Shown piece by piece: positions 1-12,140 of a DNA stretch of 64,000 bases. The position numbers and the translations under genes are program-made. How positions within the stretch are numbered: position 1 is the stretch's first letter; the number at the start of each line of letters is the position of its first letter. The notes under the pieces were generated by a model. It was not told where the DNA came from, ran no database searches, and saw only the letters and a list, made by a program, of their open reading frames with translations. Location: the NCBI RefSeq assembly GCF_030684315.1, contig NC_081369.1, positions 10,826,035 through 10,890,034 on the forward strand, in the 5' to 3' direction. Origin of the DNA: Stegostoma tigrinum. Its lineage: Eukaryota.

Positions 1-2259
1 ATACAATTGACAGCATACAAAATATTACAGCTAAGCCAATAACAGCAATTTAATTCCAGCAGTACATAATATGAGACTGGCCTCAGAGGGGCTTGGCGAT
101 TGTAGCTGACTGGGTCATTTCCGTGAGAATTGGGGGCTGTTTTCAAGAGCAAGGACTGGCTCCTGAACATGAGAGTTAGCAAGGGATGAAGGGCGAGATC
201 TTGCTCAGGCTGTGTGGAGCTGATGAGGGATAGAAATCATGTAGCTGCTACTGAGAATTATTGCATATTTTTCAGCTCTATAATGAATATGCTGAAGTTT
301 ATCTCCACCTCGTCCTATGACAATGAGCAGCGCCATCTTTGTTTCAGGCAGTTCTCATTCCATCACTTTGCAGTGTTGCAGCACACCATTTGCACATGTG
401 CACTCTGAGCAACGGCACTGACAAGAAATGCAGTCTATAAATTAATGCGGCATCACCAAGCTAACCAGATAAAGAATGCTGTAATTCAGACATTATTCAC
501 TTATTAGTGATATTTTCCAAACTTAAAAACCTTCCAACATGATCATGTATGGTACAATGAAACATAGATTGGGTGAACCAAAGGAACTTGAAATATGGTT
601 CTCAGTACCCATTCTAGACAACAGGGTATTTGTATTATTAAATTGAGATGTTTGGGAACAAACAAACTTCAATCAAATTTAAAACTAAAGGAACTCAGAA
701 AAAAGCTCGATGTGATGGTGATGCTACCATTTGTATGTTAACATGCCAATATCTACTTTTTGTCTTATTAGAAAAACTTTGCTGTGCAAATTGCAAAATG
801 ATATTTTGTACGTGTTTTAGGGACTTTAGGATTAAACTTATGTCCACTATGCTTCTCATTGAGAAAGATGCAGACCATCTTCGGTTAACCACTTGGTCCT
901 TTGTAAGCATTAGGCCCAATGTCCAACTGTCCCATTAAATAAAGCCTCTGCAAATTTTCTCTCCACTTCTCCCCATCTTAAACTTATCCAAACTGTCTCA
1001 CTACAGGAAAAATAAAGGTCAGCCATCTAAGCTCAGCGCAGCTGGATCCACGGTAGGGTTTCAGGAATCCAGCTCCCAGATAGACTCCTCCTGTGCCTTG
1101 AGTAACACCTCTACTGAAAGGGTCCATGAGAATATTTTAATTACAGGCAGTTCCCCTGGGCACACTCCCAGTCTCATTACTGGTTACTGCTTCTAGCCTC
1201 CATTTTTATTTTCAACTTCTTTAGCCTCTCCTCGATGCAACTGGTAATTGCATGGCCAAAAGTCACCTGTAAAGCTGCAATGGACTAACCAAATAACTGT
1301 GTCACTTTCACCAATCACAGGCCTTCTCTTCACCCTGCCTTGTTGCTCCTCCAGAAACTGGCCTATGACTAGAGGGGCTGCCAGAGCAGAATGGAGTGAA
1401 TCTACGATTCGAGCAACTGAAGTTGCAAGCATGGGAGAGACTGCATCAGAGCCTGGAAGAGCAGTGCCTCAGATTCTGTCTCATATATGCTTGCTGCTCT
1501 CCGATTGAAGCATGCATTGTTTTCCTTGCTCTTAATGAATAAGGAAATATGTCAGGGGAGACCTTTCTTGAAACGTTTTGATTTTTGCAGGTTACTCAAG
1601 GCATTGAGCGAATTCACCCATTGCTGTGTATTTTTAATGCTGTGTCTGATCTTGTACATATTTGCACCATTTCCTGTTTTTGCTTCCATTAAGCAGCGCT
1701 TAAGACACGACAGCTTTTTAAAAAATTTCCAAACAGAATTCAACCAGTCTTAAAATAATACATAAGAAAATGGCGTCCATTTACTCCTTTCTATACAACT
1801 CTCACCACAGATTCCAGTTGAACATCCCTGATATTTTTGACTCTTTTAGTTAGCAGTGTCCGTTCATAAATGGCCTAGTTTAGCCCTATTTAGGAGCTGG
1901 GTTAAATAATCATATAATGATACACTGGATAAAATGTTAAACCAAAAGCAGATGCTAAACAGAGTCCCATGGTTCTCTACTATCAGTATCGTGACCAACA
2001 TTCTTCCTTTAGCTTCTTAATGATTGTCATTCATCTTTTGGCTCTTTACAGTATACTGTATATTGAGCGTAATATCACTCCATTTCAACAGGTTATTCGT
2101 GGCTTCAAATAGCATGACTGGAAAAATATTACATAAATGGAAGTTTGCTATAAACCTGGTTTTAAAAGTGTGAAATAATTTGCTGACTGAACTTCCAATC
2201 TCTCACACTCTCTCTCTGAAAGTTACATTTAATTGATCTGTAGAATGGTTGTTTGGCCC

Positions 2260-3330
2260 AGAGTAGAATAATACAGTTTTATAGTACAAAAGGCCATTCA
2301 ACCCATCATTTCTGTCCTGGTCCCAAAAGAGCTACCCCACCATTTCTACTTTCCAGCCCTATCTCTGTCGCCCTCCAACTTCATTGTTTTCAAATACATA
2401 TCCAGCTCTCTGTTGAAACCTCCTACGAAATGTGTCTCCATCACTCTCCCAAGCAGCACATTTCAAATCCTAAGAACTGACTCAAGAAGTTTCTCCTTGT
2501 TTCATTCCTAGCTGACAATCTTGAAACTGTGACCCACCCCCATTTGCCAATGTATCAAATGGTGGAAACAGAACATCCTTCCTTACCCTGTCAAACTTGT
2601 TCATAATTTTGAACACCTCAATAAGGTCACCTCTTAATATTCTCTACTAATAGAACAATAAGCCCAGTTAGAGTCACACAGCATGGAAACAGATGATTTG
2701 GTGCAATTCGTTCATGCCAACCAAGTGTCCCAAACCAAACTGGTTCTTTCCTTGTATCTAAAATCCTTCATTCCTGGTATCATTCTAGTAAATCTGCGTT
2801 GCACTGTGTTCAGGGCTTTAATGTCATTCCTTAAATAAGGTGCCCAGAACTGAACACAACGCTCCAAACTGTGGTCTGAGCAATGATTTGGAGGTGGTGT
2901 GGCATCACTTCCTTGGTTTTATACTTTACGTCTCTTATTTATAACCTAAGGATCCTATAAGCCTTAACAATTGTTCCAACTTGCCTGGTTGCCTTCAGAG
3001 AATCATGCTCCTGAACCCCAAGGTCCCTCTGATCCTGTACTACCCTCAAACTTGAATCACTGAGCCTGCATTGTCTGTGTTGCTTCTACAAAAATGCATT
3101 TCCTTATTTTTGTGCATTGAAATTTACCAGGTGACTGGCAAGTTGTCCAAATGTCCCTCTGAAGTTGCTCAGCATCATGCTCACAATTCAATTAGTATCA
3201 TCTGCAAATTTAGAGATTTTGCCTTCAACACTAATCTGTAAATCGTTTACACAAATCAAAAAGAAACCAACAGTCACAAGACTAATTCCTGAGGGACACC
3301 ACTTTCAACTCGTCTCCAATCTGTGAAATT
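2260..3330 (-). mobile_element. Degenerate CR1 LINE 3' fragment with a small nested CR1 tail (~2668-2745)
   Basis: Reverse-strand RT C-terminal remnants (VQFWAP/ADDT-like) and CR1 3' tail. Confidence 0.7.
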
Positions 3331-3784
3331 CCCAAGTATACCTATGCACCAACTCTCTCAAGGAACAATGCCACATCTATTTCGTTCCCGCAAATGTTCC
3401 TTCTTGGGGTGTTATCCATTGCCCTTTGAAAGCCCAACTGTATCAGCCTCCACCACACAGACCATGAGACATCCTGAAGATACGGAGTCAGTCATTGTGG
3501 TTCTTTTGCCAACCACCTTAAATCAGTGAACTCTGTCATCAACCCTGCCAATTCCCTACATCAACTCTGTCAGACTCTTCTTTATTTTGAATACCTTTAT
3601 CAAAGTCTCAATCATCTTTCTCCAATCTACCTCTGTAATTGGGAACCTACATCCCTGGAACTATTCTTGTATGTATTTTCTGATACCCTTGCTAAAAGAC
3701 CTTTGCGCTCCCTTCCGAAAGCAGTGCCCAAAACCGGATATATCCCAGATGAGGCCAAAATAGAAAAACAAAAATCAGCATAGC

Positions 3785-4076
3785 TTCCAGGGCAGAAATG
3801 GCTAGCACGAGGGGTCATAGTTTTAAGTTGGTTGGTGGAAAGTATAGAGGGGATGTCAGAGGCAGGTTCTTTACGCAGAGAGTTGTGAGAGCATGGAATG
3901 CGTTGCCAGCAGCAGTTGTGGAAGCAAGGTCATTGGGGTCATTTAAGAGACTGCTGGACATGTATATGGTCACAGAAATTTGAGGGTGCATACATGAGGA
4001 TCAATGGTCAGCACAACATTGTGGGCTGAAGGGCCTGTTCTGTGCTGTACTGTTCTATGTTCTATGTTCTATGTTC
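3785..4076 (+). mobile_element. Young 5'-truncated CR1 (HER1-like) 3' end
   Basis: TRGHSFKL...FFTQRVVRAWNALP ORF2 end, followed by a (TTCTATG)n tail. Confidence 0.9.
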
Positions 4077-5520
4077 CTTGATTTTGTATTCTGTGCTTCA
4101 ATTTAGGACGGGACTTTCTCAACCTACCCTGCCACTTTCAAAAGATTTGCATACACACATCCGAAGGTGTCTTTGAACCTGTACCACCTTTAGAATTTTA
4201 GCCTTCGGTTTATATTGCTTTGCCCTGCTCCTCCTCAAAATATATCACTTGACAGTACTATACTTTAAATTGTATGCAAGGTGTCAATCTAAAATAACAC
4301 CTTCAGATTGGTTTGACAGGTCGGCGCAACATCAAGGGTCAAAGGGCCTGTACTGTGCTGTAATGTTCTAGGTCTATTGCCTCTTGAAGTCTACCACTGT
4401 CCTCTTCACAGTTCACAATATTTCTAAGTTTTGCCCTCTGCAAGTTTGAAGTTGACTAATGCATATCTGAGTCTGAGTCGTGTACATTTATGTAGGTATC
4501 AAGAAATGTAGTGGTTCTGGTATCAATCCCTCGTAGGAAACACTTTCTTCCAGTCTAAAATACAAACAACCAATCACCAATACTGTTATACATCATTTAG
4601 ATAACTTCACATCCATTCTACCAGTTTTTATTTTATTCCACAGGATCCAGGTTTGAACAAGTCTAAATGTTGCACTTCATCAGAAATCCTTCGGAAATCA
4701 GTGACACATATGAAGCTCAACCACATCCACAATCATATCAGACAAGTTTCAGTGTCATTAACATGAACTACCTTGAACAAATTCTTGCTTGCTTTCTCTA
4801 ATTTTTTCATATATACCAAATTGGCTTTTGCCTTGGGTAATCATTTCTAAAAGCTTTTTGACTATCAAGGTTAAACGGACTGCCCATAGATGCTGAAGGG
4901 GCCCTTGCAAGGTTGTAACATTTTCCACTGGCCTGGCACCACCCTGCATCTGTAAACTGCATGGCCATGGCCAAAACATCCACAAAAGCCTCCCTCACTA
5001 TCATGAAGTGCATCTAATCCAATACTAGTAGCTTAAAGTCCAAAAGCTTCCTCCCACGTGTAGACTCCTTTTTGCATGCATAAACTGCCCCAACCCCTCC
5101 CTCCCTCACTGCTGCTTTACTATTTAAGTTCTTACAGTCCCCATTCATACTGCTGTTGCCTCTGATTTCTTTTTAAAATTCTGAGTTTTCTTCAATACAG
5201 TCTGAATGTACTTACATCATCAATGAGATCTGTCATAAAACCCCCATTTTCTGCTTCAACTTACTCTCAGCTTGTCATCCAAGGAGCTCTGGCTTTGGTT
5301 GCTCTGCATTTTGCCCTTGTGCAAATGTATTTCAATTATACCCACTTTAAAACAATCCGATGTTCCAATATTATCTTTTGTTTCTATTTTACCTAGATCA
5401 CATCCATTCTTACCCCACTGAAAGTGGCCTTCCGATTTCAATGTTTTACTTCACATTGCCCCTTGTCCCTTGTCACTTTCCCTGAGCTAGCTTAAACCTT
5501 TGATACTCATGATCATTATC

Positions 5521-6160
5521 AACATAGCGATACAGCACAGAAACAGACCCTTTGGTCCATCCAGTCCACGCCAAACATAATCCCAAATTAAACTAGTCCC
5601 ATAATCATCCTGTTGAGATGTGTCACAAACTTTAAAGAATTAGGTACCTGCATCCCTCGGTCCCTTTGTTCTATAACACTACGCAAAGCCCTATTAATCA
5701 TAAAAGCCCTACCCTTGTTTGTTGTACCAAAATCAATACCTCACATTTACTCAGACTGAACTCCCTCTGCCATTTTTGCATTGCTCATTGCATTGAGTAT
5801 AGGAGTTGGGACGTTATGTTGAGGTTGTACAGGACATTGGTGAGGCCTCTTCTGGAATACTGTGTCCAGTTCTGGTTGCACAGCTATAGGACGGAGATTA
5901 TTAAGCTGGAGAGGGTTCAGGAAAGATTTACAACGATGTGGCTAGGTATGGAAGGTTTGGGTTATAAGGAAAGGCTGGATAGGCTAGGACTTTGTTCACT
6001 GGGAGCATGGGAGGTTGAGAGGTGACCCAATAGAAGTTCATAAAAAGTGGCAGGTATAGATAGAGTTGATGGGGGTTGTCTTTTCCCTAAGATGGAGTTT
6101 TTCAAGACTAGGGGGCACATTTTTAAGGGGAGAGGACAGAAATTTTAAAAAGACATGAGA
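5521..6160. mobile_element. Rearranged CR1 fragments (minus 5521-5775, plus 5778-6160)
   Basis: LYRTLVRPLLEYCVQFW on the plus strand; upstream RT part and 3' tail on the minus strand. Confidence 0.8.
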
Positions 6161-8905
6161 CGCATGACAATAATTGACTTCTCATAACTATTCCCTTTTT
6201 TACACAATAAAATAGCATTACATTTGGTTGCTTTAAATGAAATGGTGCCTTCAGTTTCTAAACAATTTGACAATGATTCCAAAACTTCATACAAAAGAAT
6301 GCAACATTTGACTCAGCTAGCTTATCCTTAAAACAGACATTCATGTGCCAGCAGTGGAACACTGACATGATGAGAATTTTTAACCTTCACTAGTGCTTCT
6401 TGACTTTAGACCAGAAATTACTTTTTCCTAGTTTGCTCCATTCCTTATCAACTAACTTGCATTCTATGTTACTCTTTTTACTCACCCACTAAAAAATGCT
6501 GGCCAGTAATCTAATATAAAGGCATGAAAGTTTTTTTCCCGAATTTTTCTTTGCAAGAATCTCTTAATATTTGGGATCAATCTCAAGTTCATTTAATTTA
6601 TATTGCTTTTGGCCCAACTAATTTATTGCTTCATGAGGCAAAGCTGAGATTCAGACTCACTGATCAAGTAATATTGCGCAGGGTTCTGCTTGTCTGTTCT
6701 TTGCTATTCTACATGTGGCGTATTGAATCTACTATTACTGTCAGATCTCCCAAACTTTTATTTTCTTCCAGAGTAGAATACATGCCACTTTGGACAAACT
6801 GCATATGACAAAATGGACCCATGCCCACATAATTTGAGATTTGTTTACCAGGTGGTCACAGTGAAGACACAGCTGGCTTTGGTTCACCACCTCGCCTTGA
6901 AAGCAGGGTTGAGACGTGAAGAAAGTCATGCTCTATCCTGGCTCTTTTGAGAACAATTAGAGTACAAAACACCTTCAGTACAGGAAAAAAAAAGTTCATG
7001 GTGCTTCAGAGAAAGTACAAGGAAGAACAAAGCAATAGGATAAATTAATCAATATTTCTGAAAACTAAAGTCAGATTTTAAGAATTGTCAAAGGAGAAGA
7101 AACTTAGATACCGGCAGGTTGAGGAACAGAATTCCAGGGTATAAAAGTCTAGACAGCTGAAAGCATGATCAATATTGGTGAGAAACTGGTGCATCTGAGG
7201 CCAAAATTAGATGATGAATGTGTCAGGGACAGAAAAGAGGGAAAGTAAAGCTAGAGAAGTTCAGAAATAACAAGGTGTTAAGGGATGAAGAGCCAACGTA
7301 AGTCAGGATCAACATTTGCTACAGGTTAAGGTGGGAGGACGAAAACAGTTCTGTTTTATGGGGAATGGAGTGCCAGGCAATGAGGAGTGGAGCACTAAGT
7401 CAGTCATGACTAAGGCGTAATTAGGTGTACATAATTTTTTTTGAGGTGTAAGTCAATAGTCTTTGGGAGCAACAATAAAGAATCTGCTCGTCAGCTCGTG
7501 ACAAATCTGGAAATCAAAGTTGCACTGGAAATGTTATGGAGTTAGAGGGGAGGACACAGTACTTTTGTTGAAAGCCTGAGGTGGTATTTTAGGTTTCCCA
7601 AGTGTTTAACTGGAAAACACCAACTAGACTGGATGAGAAAGCAACACAACACATTGCGGGAAAAGCTCAGCTGCAGTCTTAGTGCATGGAACTTCATTCT
7701 ATGTTTTTTTTTGTTATCTGCTTAACAGTAATTGCTCTTTACATTTTACAAGATTTTCTCAATTTTCTTTCCCATCACCCATCCCACCATTTACTAAGAG
7801 TCTTGATTCCCTTCTCTCGTCAAAGCATTTTAAACAAGTCCTCAGTCAAATATTCAATTTTCAAATATTCTCACTTTAGTTTTGGCAACTTTCAGTAAGA
7901 ACATTATATTAAAATATTTATGGATCCTCAGTAGTTATTTGCACAGTCGAGAAACTCTATGTATCTACCAATACAAATCAATTCTGAAGTTGCTATGTCA
8001 AGTTAATATCTGTATATCACAACATAAATTGATGCCAGAGAATTTGGATGAGAAACTATTTTGCATACACACAGTTACTGGGCCAAGGTGCATCATGTTC
8101 CAAAGGCACATAAATAGTAGCGAAGGCTATTGAGAACCAAGCTGAGCTTCATTGAAATTGGATGCAACCTTTTGACCACCTAAGAATCACCAATCTCTGA
8201 TTCACCTCTGGAAATGTGTCTGGGTCTTGGGCTTAAAGCATGGGTGAAACAAATCTCAACAATAAACTCCTCACTAGACATCCCCAAACACTGGATACTT
8301 TTGGATTGTACCACTAGACCGCATTCAACCCTCATTCGAACGAGCGTTTTAACCGAGCCTTTAACTGTCAACATTATGGCAAGTGAAACCATGACAAGAA
8401 CAGTCTATTTCAGTAAACGTTCAACACTAAAAGCAAACCTTCAACACAAAAAAACTGTTAATGGGAAATAAATGTTATCAGGCATTGGTGACTTGTTTTT
8501 TTGCTATGTATAGCAGATACCTATCACCAGAAAGTAATCATTCGCCATGTTAAACCTCCAAACACACTATCTTTCAGAAACACACTCAGTTGTTTCGACT
8601 TACAGAACATGGAGGGTACAGCTTTTCAAAGTTAGGATGTGTCATATTTACTGCAGGCCAAGTATTTAGGCAGAAATTAACAAGACGACAAATATAAAAC
8701 ATCTTAATAGGACTCCTGTGGCTCAGCCTCCCCACCTCTGAACCAGAAGACCCATGTTGAAATTCTACCTACTCCAGAGGTGTATCATAGTACAATTGAA
8801 CAGGTTTATAAAAACATTAAAAACACTTTAACCACCTAGGCACATGCAAGCTTTCTGCTGCTTATCACATTATTAGCTCCTATGTTAAATAGACACCATG
8901 AAAAG

Positions 8906-9106
8906 ATGGAGAGATAACAAGGTGTACGGCTGAATGAACACAGATTGCCAAGCAGAGGAGCAGGAAAGCTGATGTCTTCAGAAAAGGGTCAAGGCCCAAA
9001 ACATCAGCTTTCCTGCTCCTCTGATGTTGCTTGACCTGCTGTGTTCATCCAGCTCTACACCTTGTTATCTCAGATTCTTCAGCATCTGCAGTTCCTGCCA
9101 TCTCTA
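8906..9106. mobile_element. Palindromic Penelope-derived short element with 11-bp TSD
   Basis: Inverted arms GAGATAACAAGGTGTA.../...TACACCTTGTTATCTC; TSD ACCATGAAAAG at 8895-8905 and 9107-9117. Confidence 0.75.
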
Positions 9107-9725
9107 ACCATGAAAAGGTTCTTAGTCCCAGTGACAGATCTAATCTCCAATACCTCAATGAACTAAATTAGCAGTAAAACAGGCAACAATATTAAGTTTA
9201 CCATTTAGGAAAATTTCATGAAATGAAATAGTCTTCCAAATTTCTCAGACAAGAGTTTGAAACCTAAATAGTGAACTTTTAGGCTCAGGATATGACTTAA
9301 AGTCATTAGCAACTGAACTAATTTTCATTTCCACACCATTAATGACTGCAAAAGCTAGTGCTGATTGATACGGACTTTGAGGTGGGGCAGGTTATTGACA
9401 CAGGACTGGAAAAAAAATCATACCATGACAGAACATGTTTTCACAGCATTTCTTGGGTAATTAACAATTAGACGTATTAGGTATAACCAAGTCAATTACA
9501 GTCCATTTTTATACGAATTAGACGTTTCCATATTCTATACACGCCTTTAAACATCCGCCAGACATATACACAAGGTTTCCACACATCAAGACTTTACTAT
9601 TTTTCTGGTATATACATTTTCATTAATCCACGCAACAAGCATCTATATATTCCCGCCTACAGGCAGATGTCTATGCATTCAAGTCATATTTTAACCTCAC
9701 TGCTACAACATACTGTGTTTCTTAC

Positions 9726-9829
9726 CCCCATTCAGGAACGTGTGACTCGTAATCCCAGTACTCGCGGGGTTTCAGGCTGTTTACTTCGGCATACACGCGG
9801 GCCCTGCTCCCGGTAGCCGGACCCGGCAT
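9726..9829 (-). CDS. CSNK2A2: Casein kinase II subunit alpha' first coding exon ([35 protein letters not shown]); gene continues left of the window
   Basis: Translation closely matches the vertebrate CK2alpha' N-terminus ([15 protein letters not shown]). ATG in GCCATG context at 9829, 104-nt exon ending at a GG|GTAAG donor, inside a CpG island, head-to-head with CCDC113 as in human. Confidence 0.95.
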
Positions 9830-10430
9830 GGCAGAGCCAGGGCTCAGCTCTGGGATAAGGGGACGAAATCCCCAAGAGGGGGCAGCGGGGGGGACACAGA
9901 AGCCGCACCGCCACGGGGCAGACTGACAGTCGGGAGCCAGGCCCGGCCTCAACCCACGCAGCACCACCCGGGATAACTTCAGTAGCAGGGTTCGTGGAGC
10001 CAGCGGGAACTCCCCCGGGGCGCGGGGGGTCGATTAGAAAGGCCCAGTGCGGATCCCGAAAAAGATGGGTACGGTCGGGGCAACAGCAACGAGCTTATGA
10101 GAAACCTTACGGAGGATCAAACAGCAGAGCAGAACAGACCGAAGTCAACAAAACCGAACCGGACTTCCCTGAGGGAGGCCCGCAGCGGAAGAAAATATTC
10201 CGCCGGGTGCGGACCCAACCCTGAGAAACCGGTCACAAGCTCGCTCTATCAGCGAGAAGACACCGAGGGCCACAGGATGACGAGCGCCGGCAGCAGCGGC
10301 TCCTAGCGGCACCCAGCTGAAGCTGAGCGATGCCGGCTGCACACTCCAGCGGCAGCGACCCCTCGCGGCACCCCACTGAAGCTGAGCGACGCCGGCTGTC
10401 CGCTCCAGCGACTGCGGCACCTGGCGCTGT
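9740..10430 (-). promoter_or_regulatory. CpG island / promoter and 5'UTR of CSNK2A2
   Basis: GC- and CpG-rich stretch in an AT-rich background, surrounding and upstream of the start codon. Confidence 0.8.
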
Positions 10431-10852
10431 TTAATGAGACATGACCCACACGCTTACCACAGGCTCTAATGCCTTACAGAATAATACACGGGTAGCGGCA
10501 CAAAGGGATTAAGGAATTAAGACAGAAAAATCCCCACAAACTGTAACACCCGCCAATATTAGGTTTTCATAGATTATATGGAGACGTTGCTGAAACTTGT
10601 GTGAATCATTGGTACCGATAGAAATAAAACTGGAGTCACGTTCCTTCTGCATTTCTTCTTTTGTGATAATAATGTTCAAGTTGTAATACTGTGCCATGCA
10701 TATGCGGTGCTGCGTATTCCTAGATGAAATAACTTGCAAGTTAAATTAACAATTATAAACTAAATATATATCATATATACAGTAAGTTGCATTCCCTCTG
10801 ACTTTTTCCGTCTGCTGTGTGGACCTGTAAAGTCTACGCAAGGCATCAGCTT

Positions 10853-10950
10853 CCTGAACAGAAGGGTCTAGGCCCGAAACATCAGCTTTCCTGCTCCTCT
10901 GATGCTGCTTGGCCTACTGTGTTTATCCAACTCTACATCTTGTTGTCTCG
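10853..10950 (+). mobile_element. Penelope pseudo-LTR fragment with decayed hammerhead core
   Basis: GAAGGGTCTAGGCCCGAAACATCAGCTTTCCTGCTCCTCTGATGCTGC, same family as 8906-9106. Confidence 0.7.
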
Positions 10951-11424
10951 CATTTACCCACCAACTGGCATTTCACCCTATAAGCGGTTTCATGTTTTGA
11001 CATTAGGGACGTTGACTGTAGGTGCATAAAGACCATGAGGCATTTTAAAATATTAAGTTGAAATGGTGCATATTCTTAAGTGCCTACCTACGCAAATAAA
11101 ATAACCTTAAAGCAACATACATTTTGACAGCAGAAAAATCCAGTTTAAGTACGACTCTTCTGATGCTGCCTAGCCTGACTCTAGCTCCACACTGGGCTGT
11201 CTCCGACTCCCGGCATCTGCAGTTCTTGCTCTCTCTACTATAGCACTACCTTCACCTGAGGAAGTTTCTATTGGCCAAGCTCCATCTAGTGGCATAGACT
11301 TGTCAATGCAATTGGAACGAGCCGTACTTAACAACTTCTGCTGCTATGGTAGAGCCCACGACTTCAGCATAAGTTCACAGTAGGAGCTAAACAGCAAGGG
11401 GAGACACATCACCTCACATTTACC

Positions 11425-12140
11425 AGAGCTAACTAAACTCCTTCTGCTTTCGATCTGTCCATCTGACCAATCCATTAAATTTTCCTATAACCCAAAATCG
11501 TTCTTCACAGACAACCATCCGGCCAATCTCTGCATCAAACTTACCTATCATTCCCTCCACATTCTCATCTACATCATTTATATAAATCATGACCAATAAG
11601 CGCCACAGCATTCATTCCTATGGTGCCCGACTGGACACCAACCTCCAATCACATAAACTTTTGACAACAACCTCTCCTACTACTAAACCAAATTTGTATC
11701 CAAGTTGCCAATCTACCCTGAATTCCATGTGGTTTTATCTTTGTATTATTCTGCTGTTAACATGTGTTTCTCCCATGGGGGATCTTTGCTGAAATCCAGA
11801 CAAACTATATCAATTCTACTGCACACATCTGCACACTTCATCACCTCAAAAAATTCAACCAGATTTGTTAGAATCCCTCTGACAACACTTTGCAGTCTAA
11901 CCCTGATGAATCCTTGCAACTCTAAATGGAGATTGATTCTCTCCTTCACGACCTTCTGCAATAGTTTCCAGGCCACTGATTTGAGACTCGCTGGTCTATA
12001 ATTTCCTGATTTATCCTTTCCACTTGTAAAGTGGAACCACATTAGCTGTCCTTCAGTCCTCTCGCACCCCTCCTTTGGCTAGAGAAGAATTAAAAATTTG
12101 GGTTAGGGTCTATGATTTCCTCCCTTGTCTCCCAAGGCAG
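11425..12140 (-). mobile_element. Degenerate CR1 reverse transcriptase fragment
   Basis: Minus-strand ORFs GNYRPASLKSV..., LDFSK, IYIND..KFD. Confidence 0.85.

Noticed and set aside
1-9725. CSNK2A2 exon 2 ([20 protein letters not shown]...)
   Set aside because: Searched the minus strand by eye and did not find it; it probably lies beyond the left edge.
9732-9967. uORF or N-terminal extension of CSNK2A2 suggested by the ORF track
   Set aside because: These start at GTG codons; there is no upstream ATG support.
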